This document shows positions 18,402 through 27,527 of a stretch of 56,921 nucleotides of DNA, piece after piece; position 1 is the first letter of the stretch; every line of letters starts with the position of its first letter. The notes beneath the pieces are model-generated. The model was not told the origin of the DNA, did not search any database, and was given only the letters and a program-made list of their open reading frames with translations. A program made the translations under genes and the position numbers. This stretch comes from an uncultured Nitrososphaerota archaeon. Its GTDB lineage: Archaea > Asgardarchaeota > Njordarchaeia > Njordarchaeales > Panguiarchaeaceae. Where the stretch lies: the NCBI GenBank assembly GCA_964636085.1, contig CAZWPQ010000013.1, forward strand, positions 1 through 56,921, read 5' to 3'.

Positions 18402-21052
18402 GCATTACTCTTTTTATGTCCAAGAAGGCTAATTCCTATTCCTATTCCACCACAAATCATCATTATGGATAATATGAACATTATTACCCAAGAGGGATCT
18501 AGTGGGTGCGAATTCGGATTCGTAGGATCGAACCCAAGCATCAGTTCCTCCCCATCATAGTAACCGTCATCATCTGTATCTTGGTCTAGAGGGCTAGTAC
18601 CAAGATGAAACTCTTCTATATTTGTTAGACCATCATTATCAATATCATTACCAGAATCAGATGGATCCATTGGGTTGAGCCCATACATTTTCTCCCAGCC
18701 ATCCAGCATGCCATCACTATCCGTGTCGGGATTTATAGGGTCGGTACCCAAGATATATTCTGCCAGATTTTCTAGACCATCTCCATCCGCATCCATTGCG
18801 GCATCCTCGGGGGAAAGGGGATTTAAACCATATTTTATCTCCCAGGAATCAGTCATACCATCAGAATCGCTATCTGCGTTGGTTGGATTAGTACCGTATG
18901 TATATTCTTGTAGGTTCGTGAGGCCATCACCATCAATATCATCGCTGCTATCATTTACGAATGGATCCAATCCATATGTTACTTCCCATCCGTCTGGTAT
19001 TGTATCTCCATCAGTATCATTGTTCCATGGATCCGTACCTATGGTATACTCATATAAATTTGTCAACCCGTCCCCATCCGCATCATCAAAGCTATCATCC
19101 ACGAGCGGGTCAAAACCATTATCTAGTTCCCACTTGTCGTCTAGACCATCATTATCCGTATCGGGGCTTAATGGATTTAAGCCATTATACACCTCGTATC
19201 TATTAATTAGGCCATCATTATCACTATCTTGGTCGGGATATATGGGCTCTATTAAGGGTTTTGCGTCCTGGTTATTTGCATCTATTGTATATGGCTCATC
19301 TCCAACCCCATCGCCATCACTATCCGTCCCGATATAGTCACTCCAGTAGTTACCGACAAACCTAATATTCCATATATTCCTCCCCGTAGATTCTACTTGG
19401 TATGTATTTCCTATGAAGTTATTGGCATAGATCGTATTATTTTCGCTGTAGTGTTCCATATATATGCCATAGTGGTTATAGCTTATCGTGTTAAAGGATA
19501 TGTTATTGTAACACGCGAATAGGCGAAGGTGAATACCATAAACATTAGTAGTTATGTTATTCTCAGTAATGGTGTTGTTTCTCGAGTATACATTGACAAA
19601 TATACCCTTCTCATTGTTGGATATTACACATTTTGTTATTGTGTTGAAGCGACCATTATCCTTGATTACAACGCCATATTTATTATTTGTTATCCTGCAA
19701 TTCTCCACCCAGTTATCTGTAGATGTTTCAATCCATAGTCCATAGCCTCTACAATCAGTAATATTTGCATCGGTGATCGTATTACCATTGGATCCCTCCA
19801 TCAGCATAATACCATGAATGTTCATTCCAGTAATTTCACAATTGTCAATGATGCTATTTGTTGTTCCCCAGAACTCTATTCCAACGGTAGTATCTGACAT
19901 AGAAAGCCCTGATATCCATATTGTGTCGGAGTTAATTGCTATAATTTGTCCAGCGTCAGGAACGATAATCCCGGACGTGTCCTCAAGATAGACGAGATCT
20001 TTACCATTTACCTTATTGTTCTGCACATAGTTATCGAATGAATCATATACATAGAGCCCACAGCCACTCATCGTATTGTTTTCTATGGTATTATTATTAG
20101 CATATATAAGCTCTATCCCATAATCCGTGCTGGCAATCGTGAGGTTATATATTTCGTTGAAATCTGAGGTATGGAGATAGACTCCATATTCTGTATTGTC
20201 CTCTACCACCCCATACCGAATTGTGGAGTTGGTCACATTATACATGGAGATACCATAGTCATTATTTCCAATTATGAGGCTATCAAATGTGATGTTTGTG
20301 GCGTTCTCCAAGGAGACCGCGCAGTAAGAGTAATTTGCCGTTATATTATATAGCAGCACATCATTACAACCAATAAGATATAGCGAATACCCAGAGTTAT
20401 TATGCACATACAAATTATATATCTCTACGCCATCAACATCTTCAAGGACTAGCCCATTTAGAGAGAAACATATCTCTGAATTATTAATATATAATGACGA
20501 CGTGGTAATATATACGCCAGACTCATTCAAGATCCAGACATCATAGCCAACATCCTCTATTTTCGCGGTCTCAAAATGTATTATTGATCCCGCTTTCGCT
20601 ACAAAGTAGAATTTTTTATTTACAAGAGATTGGATCGTGGAGTTGATTACAGTCAGGTTACCACCTGGGTATACTACTATGCCGTGCTCGCCATCATATG
20701 ACACATTCATCTTTATTATCGAATTTCTAATCACCAAGGCACCAGTCGTGTTTATGATTATGGATCCATTTATTATCAATGTTTCACCATCTACGGTAGT
20801 GACATCATTTATTACCCAATCTCCGCTTGAGGGGGGTGATGTCCCACTAATGCTGGATGCCCATACTGGATAATCCTTCTCCATATATTTAATCCGTAGA
20901 GTCGGCTTAGAAGTATAGATAACCCTCCACGCTAGTGCTTTTGAGTTCGCTTCCTTATGTATATGTAGTCGAGGCCTTATATCAACATCATACCAATTTA
21001 TACTAAGAAAGGATAATATAAGGATACATACAAAAGCAACACTTCTCCTCAT
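18398..21052 (-). CDS. Membrane-anchored NosD/right-handed parallel beta-helix surface protein with TSP3-like repeat stalk
   Basis: Signal peptide, GIxL..S.NN.I..N repeats, GNYWSDY.G.D.DGDG.GD.PY (NosD C-terminus), about 13 DxDxDG repeats and a C-terminal TM. Confidence 0.9.
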   Translation of the reverse strand: MRRSVAFVCILILSFLSINWYDVDIRPRLHIHKEANSKALAWRVIYTSKPTLRIKYMEKDYPVWASSISGTSPPSSGDWVINDVTTVDGETLIINGSIIINTTGALVIRNSIIKMNVSYDGEHGIVVYPGGNLTVINSTIQSLVNKKFYFVAKAGSIIHFETAKIEDVGYDVWILNESGVYITTSSLYINNSEICFSLNGLVLEDVDGVEIYNLYVHNNSGYSLYLIGCNDVLLYNITANYSYCAVSLENATNITFDSLIIGNNDYGISMYNVTNSTIRYGVVEDNTEYGVYLHTSDFNEIYNLTIASTDYGIELIYANNNTIENNTMSGCGLYVYDSFDNYVQNNKVNGKDLVYLEDTSGIIVPDAGQIIAINSDTIWISGLSMSDTTVGIEFWGTTNSIIDNCEITGMNIHGIMLMEGSNGNTITDANITDCRGYGLWIETSTDNWVENCRITNNKYGVVIKDNGRFNTITKCVISNNEKGIFVNVYSRNNTITENNITTNVYGIHLRLFACYNNISFNTISYNHYGIYMEHYSENNTIYANNFIGNTYQVESTGRNIWNIRFVGNYWSDYIGTDSDGDGVGDEPYTIDANNQDAKPLIEPIYPDQDSDNDGLINRYEVYNGLNPLSPDTDNDGLDDKWELDNGFDPLVDDSFDDADGDGLTNLYEYTIGTDPWNNDTDGDTIPDGWEVTYGLDPFVNDSSDDIDGDGLTNLQEYTYGTNPTNADSDSDGMTDSWEIKYGLNPLSPEDAAMDADGDGLENLAEYILGTDPINPDTDSDGMLDGWEKMYGLNPMDPSDSGNDIDNDGLTNIEEFHLGTSPLDQDTDDDGYYDGEELMLGFDPTNPNSHPLDPSWVIMFILSIMMICGGIGIGISLLGHKKSNA

Positions 21053-21143
21053 TTTTCATCCTCCTTTAGCACTAATTATAAAAAATATTTATTAGAGGGC
21101 ACAATCAAAGGCTGTGAAACATAGAAGAAAACGTATTGTCCTC

Positions 21144-22022
21144 CTAATATGCCGATAGTCCACCCCTCCTACGTACGTTGTTATATATCTTCCTAAATAT
21201 GACAATAGAGATGGGTAAACCAATAATTGTATATATAATCATAATTGCAGTATCCAGTAATACCCTCCCGTTAAGTATTGTGACCCCCCATATCAGACTA
21301 TACCTTATTGCATCCAACGAAAAAGTCAATGGCAGAAGCATAGATACATATTTAGCATAGCTGGGCAACAGCGTTATCGGGAAGTAGGTCCCCGCGAAAA
21401 ACTGGTTTATCCATGTAATCGCCCAACCGATCGGATTTCCCTGCTTATACCTTAATATCATCGCTGCTGATATTATGCCTATAGGAAGATTACTAGCTAT
21501 CAGAAGTGTTATCAGCACTGTAAGGGTGACTATGGTTTCTATATTAATATACATGCTAGCCCCTAGTATGATGCCTAGAGGCAATATTATTACGAGGAAT
21601 ACGGTAGAATACATGAGGAAATACAGTAGATCTCCAAGGAACAATATTATGAAGTCTGTGGGGGTAGAAAGAATTGTCTCAAGCGTACCATAGAACTGTT
21701 CTAGTCTTATAGTCAGCGACAGACTCCTCATACTTGCTGTCATGTAGTGTGATATCGCAATACCTATAACGGCGAAGGTAAAATAACTGCTTCCATACCC
21801 TGCACGCTTGATGTCATATGGCATTATTATAAATGACAAAAGAAAATATGTGAATACCATAAATATTGTGCTTGCAAAGTCAAAAAGCATCCATGTCTTA
21901 TAGTTGAGCCTTATCTTTGCCCTACGTAATGCTGCAGCCCATATCTTACCAAGTGAGCTTACATGTCCTTGGATTTCTGTGGTCATCAGTGATAATACAC
22001 TATCAATCTCCACGCAACCCAC
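21144..22022 (-). CDS. ABC-2 type exporter permease
   Basis: About 6 TM helices, EQFYGTLETILSTP and GTYFPITLLP..LPLT. Confidence 0.9.
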   Translation of the reverse strand: MGCVEIDSVLSLMTTEIQGHVSSLGKIWAAALRRAKIRLNYKTWMLFDFASTIFMVFTYFLLSFIIMPYDIKRAGYGSSYFTFAVIGIAISHYMTASMRSLSLTIRLEQFYGTLETILSTPTDFIILFLGDLLYFLMYSTVFLVIILPLGIILGASMYINIETIVTLTVLITLLIASNLPIGIISAAMILRYKQGNPIGWAITWINQFFAGTYFPITLLPSYAKYVSMLLPLTFSLDAIRYSLIWGVTILNGRVLLDTAIMIIYTIIGLPISIVIFRKIYNNVRRRGGLSAY

Positions 22023-22023
22023 C

Positions 22024-22914
22024 TCAGTATGCGGATAGAAGAGCCAATCTCTTAGCTTTATTTAAATAGTACTCGAAGACTTTAAAACTCACGTATAGGA
22101 GAGGTAGGAAGACTAATAGTGCCCCCAAGTGAAACAACATTTTTGGCTCATAGATTGGCGTATTATCTATTATGGTTCTTCTAAATAATTCTAGGCCATG
22201 TGTAAAGGGTATCATCAGCGACACATAGTACAGTACCGGGTAGTTTAGAAGTATTGACAAGGGGTATATCACACCACCAAAGAACTCTATTATTGTTGAC
22301 AACAATACCAGCATTGTTTCCAATTGTTTGTGTATTATGTACATGCCGGCCGCTATTATGCCTATCGCTGAGTGAACCGCAACTACGAGTATTACTATTA
22401 ATGTGGCTTGGAGTAACATGTATGGATTCTTTGAGAACTCATCACTCAGGCCGTAACCAATTAGTAGAGTGCCTATAAACCACATTGATGACCAAGTAAA
22501 TCCATATAAGACTTGACCCACCAGCCAGCTACGGAAATTATCTGTATCTATCGCGGCTAAACTCTCAAAAGTCCCTGCATTGATCTCATGTCTCATTTTG
22601 TGTGCCAACCTAGAAACAGACGTCCAAATATACCTCGACAATGCGATACCAGATATCGAAAACGCTATATAGTCACGGGAATAGCCTAATGAAGCGAGTT
22701 CATCTGGAGATACCAAAAAACTAACAAAATAGTATATCATAGCACTCAGTACTATATCTATTATCTCGAGAGCCAGATGCATCCTATAAGAAAACAAAAT
22801 TTTGAGCTGATATCTCCAAGATGCCGAGGCTCTTCCTAGAAATGAGACTTTCAGTACTTGTCCTTCCTCCCCACGTAGGAGATTAACACATTCATCTGTA
22901 CTCATATAATTCAC
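22024..22914 (-). CDS. ABC-2 type exporter permease
   Basis: About 6 TM helices, EINAGTFES and GGVIYPL..PFTHGLE. Confidence 0.9.
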   Translation of the reverse strand: MNYMSTDECVNLLRGEEGQVLKVSFLGRASASWRYQLKILFSYRMHLALEIIDIVLSAMIYYFVSFLVSPDELASLGYSRDYIAFSISGIALSRYIWTSVSRLAHKMRHEINAGTFESLAAIDTDNFRSWLVGQVLYGFTWSSMWFIGTLLIGYGLSDEFSKNPYMLLQATLIVILVVAVHSAIGIIAAGMYIIHKQLETMLVLLSTIIEFFGGVIYPLSILLNYPVLYYVSLMIPFTHGLELFRRTIIDNTPIYEPKMLFHLGALLVFLPLLYVSFKVFEYYLNKAKRLALLSAY

Positions 22915-22922
22915 CCGCTCTA

Positions 22923-23942
22923 TTATCTATGTTTATCCCCCCTAGATGCTAAACTATCGGATTCTGTAGTATCAACACCAGCGATTTTGAGGAAGGCCTC
23001 TTCTAGTGTTGGTAATGAACGCGAGATCGACTCGACTTTGTAGTCACGTAGGCATATTGCGATTTCAGGTATGGCGGTATGATGATCCTCTACAGATACC
23101 CGTATCCGAGCTATTCGTCCTAAAACACTGTGCGAGATTATATTAGAGACTACGCTCAGGGACTCCAGCTTTCTAAGAATATCGCTCAGATCATTATTTG
23201 TAAGTGTTAACTCTATCTCCACAATCTTCATTTCCTCTACCCTTTCCCTTATCTCCCGGGGAGTGCCCTCAAACACAATTTTGCCACGATTGATTATGGC
23301 GATCCTATCACAAAGCATTTCTACCTCATACATGTTATGGGAAGTGAATAGTATTGTCTTGCCCAACTCATCAGCAAGCCTACGTAGGAATATTCTTACT
23401 TTCCGCGCAGACTCCACATCAAGACCTAGAGTGGGCTCATCTAGTATCAAGATATTGGGGTTATGTATAAGGGAACGTATCAACATCAGCTTTATCTTCA
23501 TACCAGTAGAGTACTCTAAAACTAGCTTGTGAGCCGCATCCTCAAGCTCTAAAAACTTTAAGAATGCATTTATTCTTTTCCGTGCAACATCCTTTGGTAC
23601 ATTCTGTAGTGTAGCAAAAAACATTAGGTTATCATAGCCCGAAAGCCTCCAATATAATGCTCTGCCCCCCGTCTCTCCCATCATCCACCCAATCCTTCTC
23701 CTAACCTCTAGAGAGTCCTTTAGTATTGAGAAACCATCCACCCAAGCTTCGCCTTCATCGGGTATGAGAAGCGTGGCCAGCATTTTAGTATATGTGGTTT
23801 TTCCAGCCCCGTTAGGACCAAGTAACCCATAGAGCTCGCCATACTTTATTTTAAGACTAACATGATCCACAGCAACAATTTCCCTATCTTTATCCCTGAA
23901 TATTTTTGTCAGATTATCCGAAACAATCGCATAACCTTTCAT
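22923..23942 (-). CDS. ABC exporter ATP-binding protein (DrrA-like)
   Basis: GPNGAGKT, YSTGM signature, ILDEPT and SH motif. Confidence 0.95.
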   Translation of the reverse strand: MKGYAIVSDNLTKIFRDKDREIVAVDHVSLKIKYGELYGLLGPNGAGKTTYTKMLATLLIPDEGEAWVDGFSILKDSLEVRRRIGWMMGETGGRALYWRLSGYDNLMFFATLQNVPKDVARKRINAFLKFLELEDAAHKLVLEYSTGMKIKLMLIRSLIHNPNILILDEPTLGLDVESARKVRIFLRRLADELGKTILFTSHNMYEVEMLCDRIAIINRGKIVFEGTPREIRERVEEMKIVEIELTLTNNDLSDILRKLESLSVVSNIISHSVLGRIARIRVSVEDHHTAIPEIAICLRDYKVESISRSLPTLEEAFLKIAGVDTTESDSLASRGDKHR

Positions 23943-23950
23943 GCCGACAC

Positions 23951-24295
23951 CTAATACTCAATTATCTTCTGGAGTAACGCAATAAATCTTTTTAAGCATT
24001 CAATTTTATGACCCAAAACTTTTTCTCCCTCCCCAGTAATATAGTACACTCTCTTGGCTGGCCCTTGCTGAGAGACCTCCCACTTAGAGTACACAAGGCC
24101 TTTCTCCTCGAGCCTTCTTAGGGTGACATATATTAGTGCCTTTGGCAAGTCACGATCCAACAATTTTTTCAATTCCTCATGAATCGCATAGCCATGCTTA
24201 GGCCCTTTTGATACCATCTTTAGGATTACAACACCCAATATCCCCGGTAATAGGCTATCCTTCCTTTTACATGCACTGTAATCCATTGTTATCAT
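23951..24295 (-). CDS. PadR family transcriptional regulator
   Basis: PKHGYAI...IYVTLRRLEEKGLV.S.W.....KRVYYITGEG. Confidence 0.9.
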   Translation of the reverse strand: MITMDYSACKRKDSLLPGILGVVILKMVSKGPKHGYAIHEELKKLLDRDLPKALIYVTLRRLEEKGLVYSKWEVSQQGPAKRVYYITGEGEKVLGHKIECLKRFIALLQKIIEY

Positions 24296-24381
24296 TAGTG
24301 TATCAATTTTACCTATATATCATTTATACCTATATTAAGACTATGTATAAACAAAACTAGAGTGCATGGTCTAGCTATGAC

Positions 24382-24963
24382 CTATGGTTTCGGCAGTATT
24401 ATGCTACACTCCTTACCCGAGAATATAACATATTTGCCATGGACATATCCATATCCAGCTACGCCACATATAAAGGCATCAAATTCGTCCTTAGACATTT
24501 TCCTAAACGCATATCGTGTTTTTAGACCAAACATCCTTAATATCTCTCTAAATACCCTCAATCTCTCATGATTGCTTCTAGGCTTCCTTTTAAACCCTAG
24601 AATCACTATCGCCCCCGCTGGATATGTCTCGATGTATTTGACGCCTATGTTCTCTAAGAACCTCGTGAGTTCTATGGCTCTCTTGACCAACATTCTCATC
24701 GATGGCATCGTTGGGGGGAGTGGTGACATTCCATGTCTTTTGAGTAAAAGATCACAATCTCTAAACCCCCCAGTCTTTGGCATATTAAGTGGTGCATCTA
24801 TAGATACAATACTGGGATGTACGATTCTTATATACTCCTTTAATGCGGAGAACGTCTTGAATTCCCCTAGAGCAAGAATTTCGTTACCCATAATTAGGCA
24901 AAAACCTGTGGACTTGCCATCCTTTGCCGAGAGATCAATCCCCAGTATTTTTCTATGCATCAT
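24382..24963 (-). CDS. DUF429 family predicted nuclease (RNase H-like fold)
   Basis: LGIDLSA, IDAPL, FRDCD, ETYP and DEFDA motifs. Confidence 0.85.
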   Translation of the reverse strand: MMHRKILGIDLSAKDGKSTGFCLIMGNEILALGEFKTFSALKEYIRIVHPSIVSIDAPLNMPKTGGFRDCDLLLKRHGMSPLPPTMPSMRMLVKRAIELTRFLENIGVKYIETYPAGAIVILGFKRKPRSNHERLRVFREILRMFGLKTRYAFRKMSKDEFDAFICGVAGYGYVHGKYVIFSGKECSIILPKP

Positions 24964-24999
24964 GGGTGCCTAGTATCTCTATAAAAAATAGTCTATGGT

Positions 25000-25704
25000 T
25001 TACCTCTTAAGCATCAAGTTATCTATTATGACTCTGGATAGAATTTTGTTGTAGCCATGCTTTATATCAGAATCCGTTGTTTCCTTCGAGAGAAGATCCG
25101 CTATTTTGTACTCGACGGCGGGTCTATCCATTTTGCCCTCCTTTAGTTGTATTAGTAGCTCCCGATATCTTATCGAGTCTATAATGGGATAGTCAATATA
25201 TGTATCTACATATTCTAATAACTTCTCCCAGGCTCCCTCCCTAGATTTGTCCAAATTCAAATTGTGATGCTTCACTAGGTATTCTTTCCATATTCTAGAC
25301 TCCCTCATAGCGGTCTCTATAGCGTCGGATGCATGGGCAACATTTACCCCGCCCATGATTCCATACATGGCCCTAATGGATGCTGGAGCCTCTAACGCTG
25401 CCTTCTCTGGTAGTGTTGGACCCAAAAGTTTCCTTATTTCAGCCACATTCTCCTGTTTAGTTTTTATTATCGTAAAGATTATTGGTGTGGATGCAACATA
25501 GTTTACCAGCCACTCATAGAAGAATTTTCCTTTGTGCTCTACATAATGCTGTTCGGCTAGGAAAACCTTGTCTGCCTTTATTTCCTCGAAGCAAAGAAGC
25601 TCCATTTCTTCAATATTATTAATTATTGTCTTTAAAGTTCGGGCTCCGACATATCGCCTGATCACGGCGTCTGGCTTTAAGAAAAAGACTATTTCGACAC
25701 TCAT
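25000..25704 (-). CDS. ndk: Nucleoside diphosphate kinase with C-terminal extension
   Basis: LKPDAV, HYVEHKGKFFY, IRKLLGPT, ASIRAMYG and NVAHASD (catalytic His). Confidence 0.9.
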   Translation of the reverse strand: MSVEIVFFLKPDAVIRRYVGARTLKTIINNIEEMELLCFEEIKADKVFLAEQHYVEHKGKFFYEWLVNYVASTPIIFTIIKTKQENVAEIRKLLGPTLPEKAALEAPASIRAMYGIMGGVNVAHASDAIETAMRESRIWKEYLVKHHNLNLDKSREGAWEKLLEYVDTYIDYPIIDSIRYRELLIQLKEGKMDRPAVEYKIADLLSKETTDSDIKHGYNKILSRVIIDNLMLKR

Positions 25705-25790
25705 TGGTCACACACCTCCCCTACAGAAGTAGGATAAAATAATTTTAATATGAGCTATGTATTATATTATTAGAATACAATAGTGTATTA

Positions 25791-26032
25791 ATAAGGGTAA
25801 TAACAGTTAGGTTGGATGATGGACTCTATGAGAAAATAAAAGGTCTTATTGATTCAGGAGAATTCAAAAGTATTAGGATGTCGTGAGGCTTGCTATAATA
25901 GAGCTTATGAGTATAAAAATCCGTTGGAGAACTAGTGGGCTCCAAGAATACTTATCAAATAAATGTTCAAAATTTGTTCCGTCTGGAAGAATACTTGGGG
26001 AGATCAGGAGGGAAGAAAATCGAGTATCTTAA
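25791..26032 (+). pseudogene. Frameshifted ribbon-helix-helix (VapB/CopG-like) antitoxin
   Basis: ATA in place of a start codon. IRVITVRLDDGLYEKIKGLIDSGEFKSI, then a frameshift near 25875, then DVVRLAIIELMSIK...SGRILGEIRREENRVS*. Confidence 0.65.
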
Positions 26033-26090
26033 TATACTTCGAGCCAAGCGTACTGTTCAAGGAGTTTGCAGCAACTAGATTAAGTAGACA
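26026..26090 (+). pseudogene. N-terminal remnant of a PIN-domain (VapC) toxin
   Basis: ILIYFEPSVLFKEF overlaps the antitoxin stop and resembles the PIN start IYxD(T/P)SxLxK. The rest of the gene is missing. Confidence 0.4.
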
Positions 26091-26096
26091 CGACCT

Positions 26097-27467
26097 CTAC
26101 AAAAAATCGAATTTTCTATCTGGCGAAACCTCCACTAGGAACTCTGCCATGGTATTGACAAATCTTTCAAATTTATCTGGATTCGTTCTCATATGCCTAG
26201 TGAGTTCTATCTGTATCACTCCAACACCCGAATATTTGCCATAGTGCTTGGTTATGTACTGCCCAGCATACCCCTGTGGGTTTATGGTTACATTAAAGTT
26301 TTGTTCGAGAATATCCAGAAGTTCTTCATATATGTCTCGTATGTGCACAATACTCTCACCATAATTTGTCCCTATCGCTATATCGAAGTCTCTATCACCC
26401 ATACCATGTATATCTATGATGACACACCTATTCTCCTTCCTTATCATTGAAATCATTTTAGCCAATTGACTATGATAGGTCTCATATATCTCTCTAGATA
26501 GCCCAGTATAGCCCGAGTTGGGCCTGTTAACATCAACCCTACTCGGATGAATTCTACTTATTACAACGCTTGGAATATTGGTGCCGCCACTTAGAGTATA
26601 ACACCTAATGACGATCTCCTCCGACAACTCTAGTGTTCTTGGGTCAGCACTTCTTTTGATGTGAACAGGCACATTTTCTGGTCTAGCATAGCCGCCATGT
26701 GGACAACTAATTACTATTGGGATGTTCCCATGCAATGATTTTATGTAGAAGTTACATTGATAGTCATATGTTACAAATTTCCTAGACCCCGTTATATAGA
26801 AGGACTCGCCATATAGAAAAGTTTTAAATGCGGGCCCATCAATGTTTCTCTTGCTCACATATACATATGTCCTGAGTGGACAATTATTAATTAGATTTTC
26901 CAAGGGATATAGCGTAACCTCCACTCTCCGATACTCAGATTCCACTATGTCGATTCTAGAAATATCATCATCAGAGACATAAAGACATTCTTCTCCAACG
27001 ATAAAATCGTCCATACTCCCAACGGCGTATGGATATGTCCAGCCGAGGGGCCAAATTGCTCTGTATCCCCTAATGGCCCCCTTGATCCTCTTTTCTAGGT
27101 CAAAACTATACCAACCACTATGCAGTATCCCGTCGTGGAGATCCCAGTATTTAGATAGCAATGAGCCATAGACAAAGAGAGTATTATCTTTTTTGGGAAA
27201 CCTTATATGGATGGTTTTTGGCCTATTGAGGCGCTCATATAATAGCGTATTAACATATATAATTCTCCTTGAAGCATAACTCACTTTACTTTTTATTTTA
27301 TGTATCGGGACCGCATTTGCGATTAATGATTTTTTATCTGCTTCTACAATAAGTAATGAATATTTTTTACATATATCTCCCGGTAAGAAGACTACTGGTA
27401 TATGATCCCTATATTTATCTACGATATTTTCCTCTTCGATATGCACCTGTTCGTACTCCAAACTCAA
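26097..27467 (-). CDS. Gamma-glutamylcyclotransferase (GGCT/AIG2-like) - N-formylglutamate amidohydrolase fusion with an extra N-terminal domain
   Basis: GGCT motifs LFVYGSLL and IDIVESEYRRVEV. FGase motifs ISCPHGG, VDVNR, YETYH, IDIHGM, DIAIGT, YAGQYIT and IQIEL. Confidence 0.8.
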   Translation of the reverse strand: MSLEYEQVHIEEENIVDKYRDHIPVVFLPGDICKKYSLLIVEADKKSLIANAVPIHKIKSKVSYASRRIIYVNTLLYERLNRPKTIHIRFPKKDNTLFVYGSLLSKYWDLHDGILHSGWYSFDLEKRIKGAIRGYRAIWPLGWTYPYAVGSMDDFIVGEECLYVSDDDISRIDIVESEYRRVEVTLYPLENLINNCPLRTYVYVSKRNIDGPAFKTFLYGESFYITGSRKFVTYDYQCNFYIKSLHGNIPIVISCPHGGYARPENVPVHIKRSADPRTLELSEEIVIRCYTLSGGTNIPSVVISRIHPSRVDVNRPNSGYTGLSREIYETYHSQLAKMISMIRKENRCVIIDIHGMGDRDFDIAIGTNYGESIVHIRDIYEELLDILEQNFNVTINPQGYAGQYITKHYGKYSGVGVIQIELTRHMRTNPDKFERFVNTMAEFLVEVSPDRKFDFL

Positions 27468-27527
27468 ATCCTGTCCAACTATTACTGGTTGTTCTGACGC
27501 AAAAAATAGAAAGTTAACACTCTACAT

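Noticed and set aside
18675-19337. Long Ser/Pro-rich antisense ORF, representative of the many other shadow ORFs in the track
   Set aside because: These are by-products of the opposite-strand repeats and codon bias, and lie fully inside well-supported genes.
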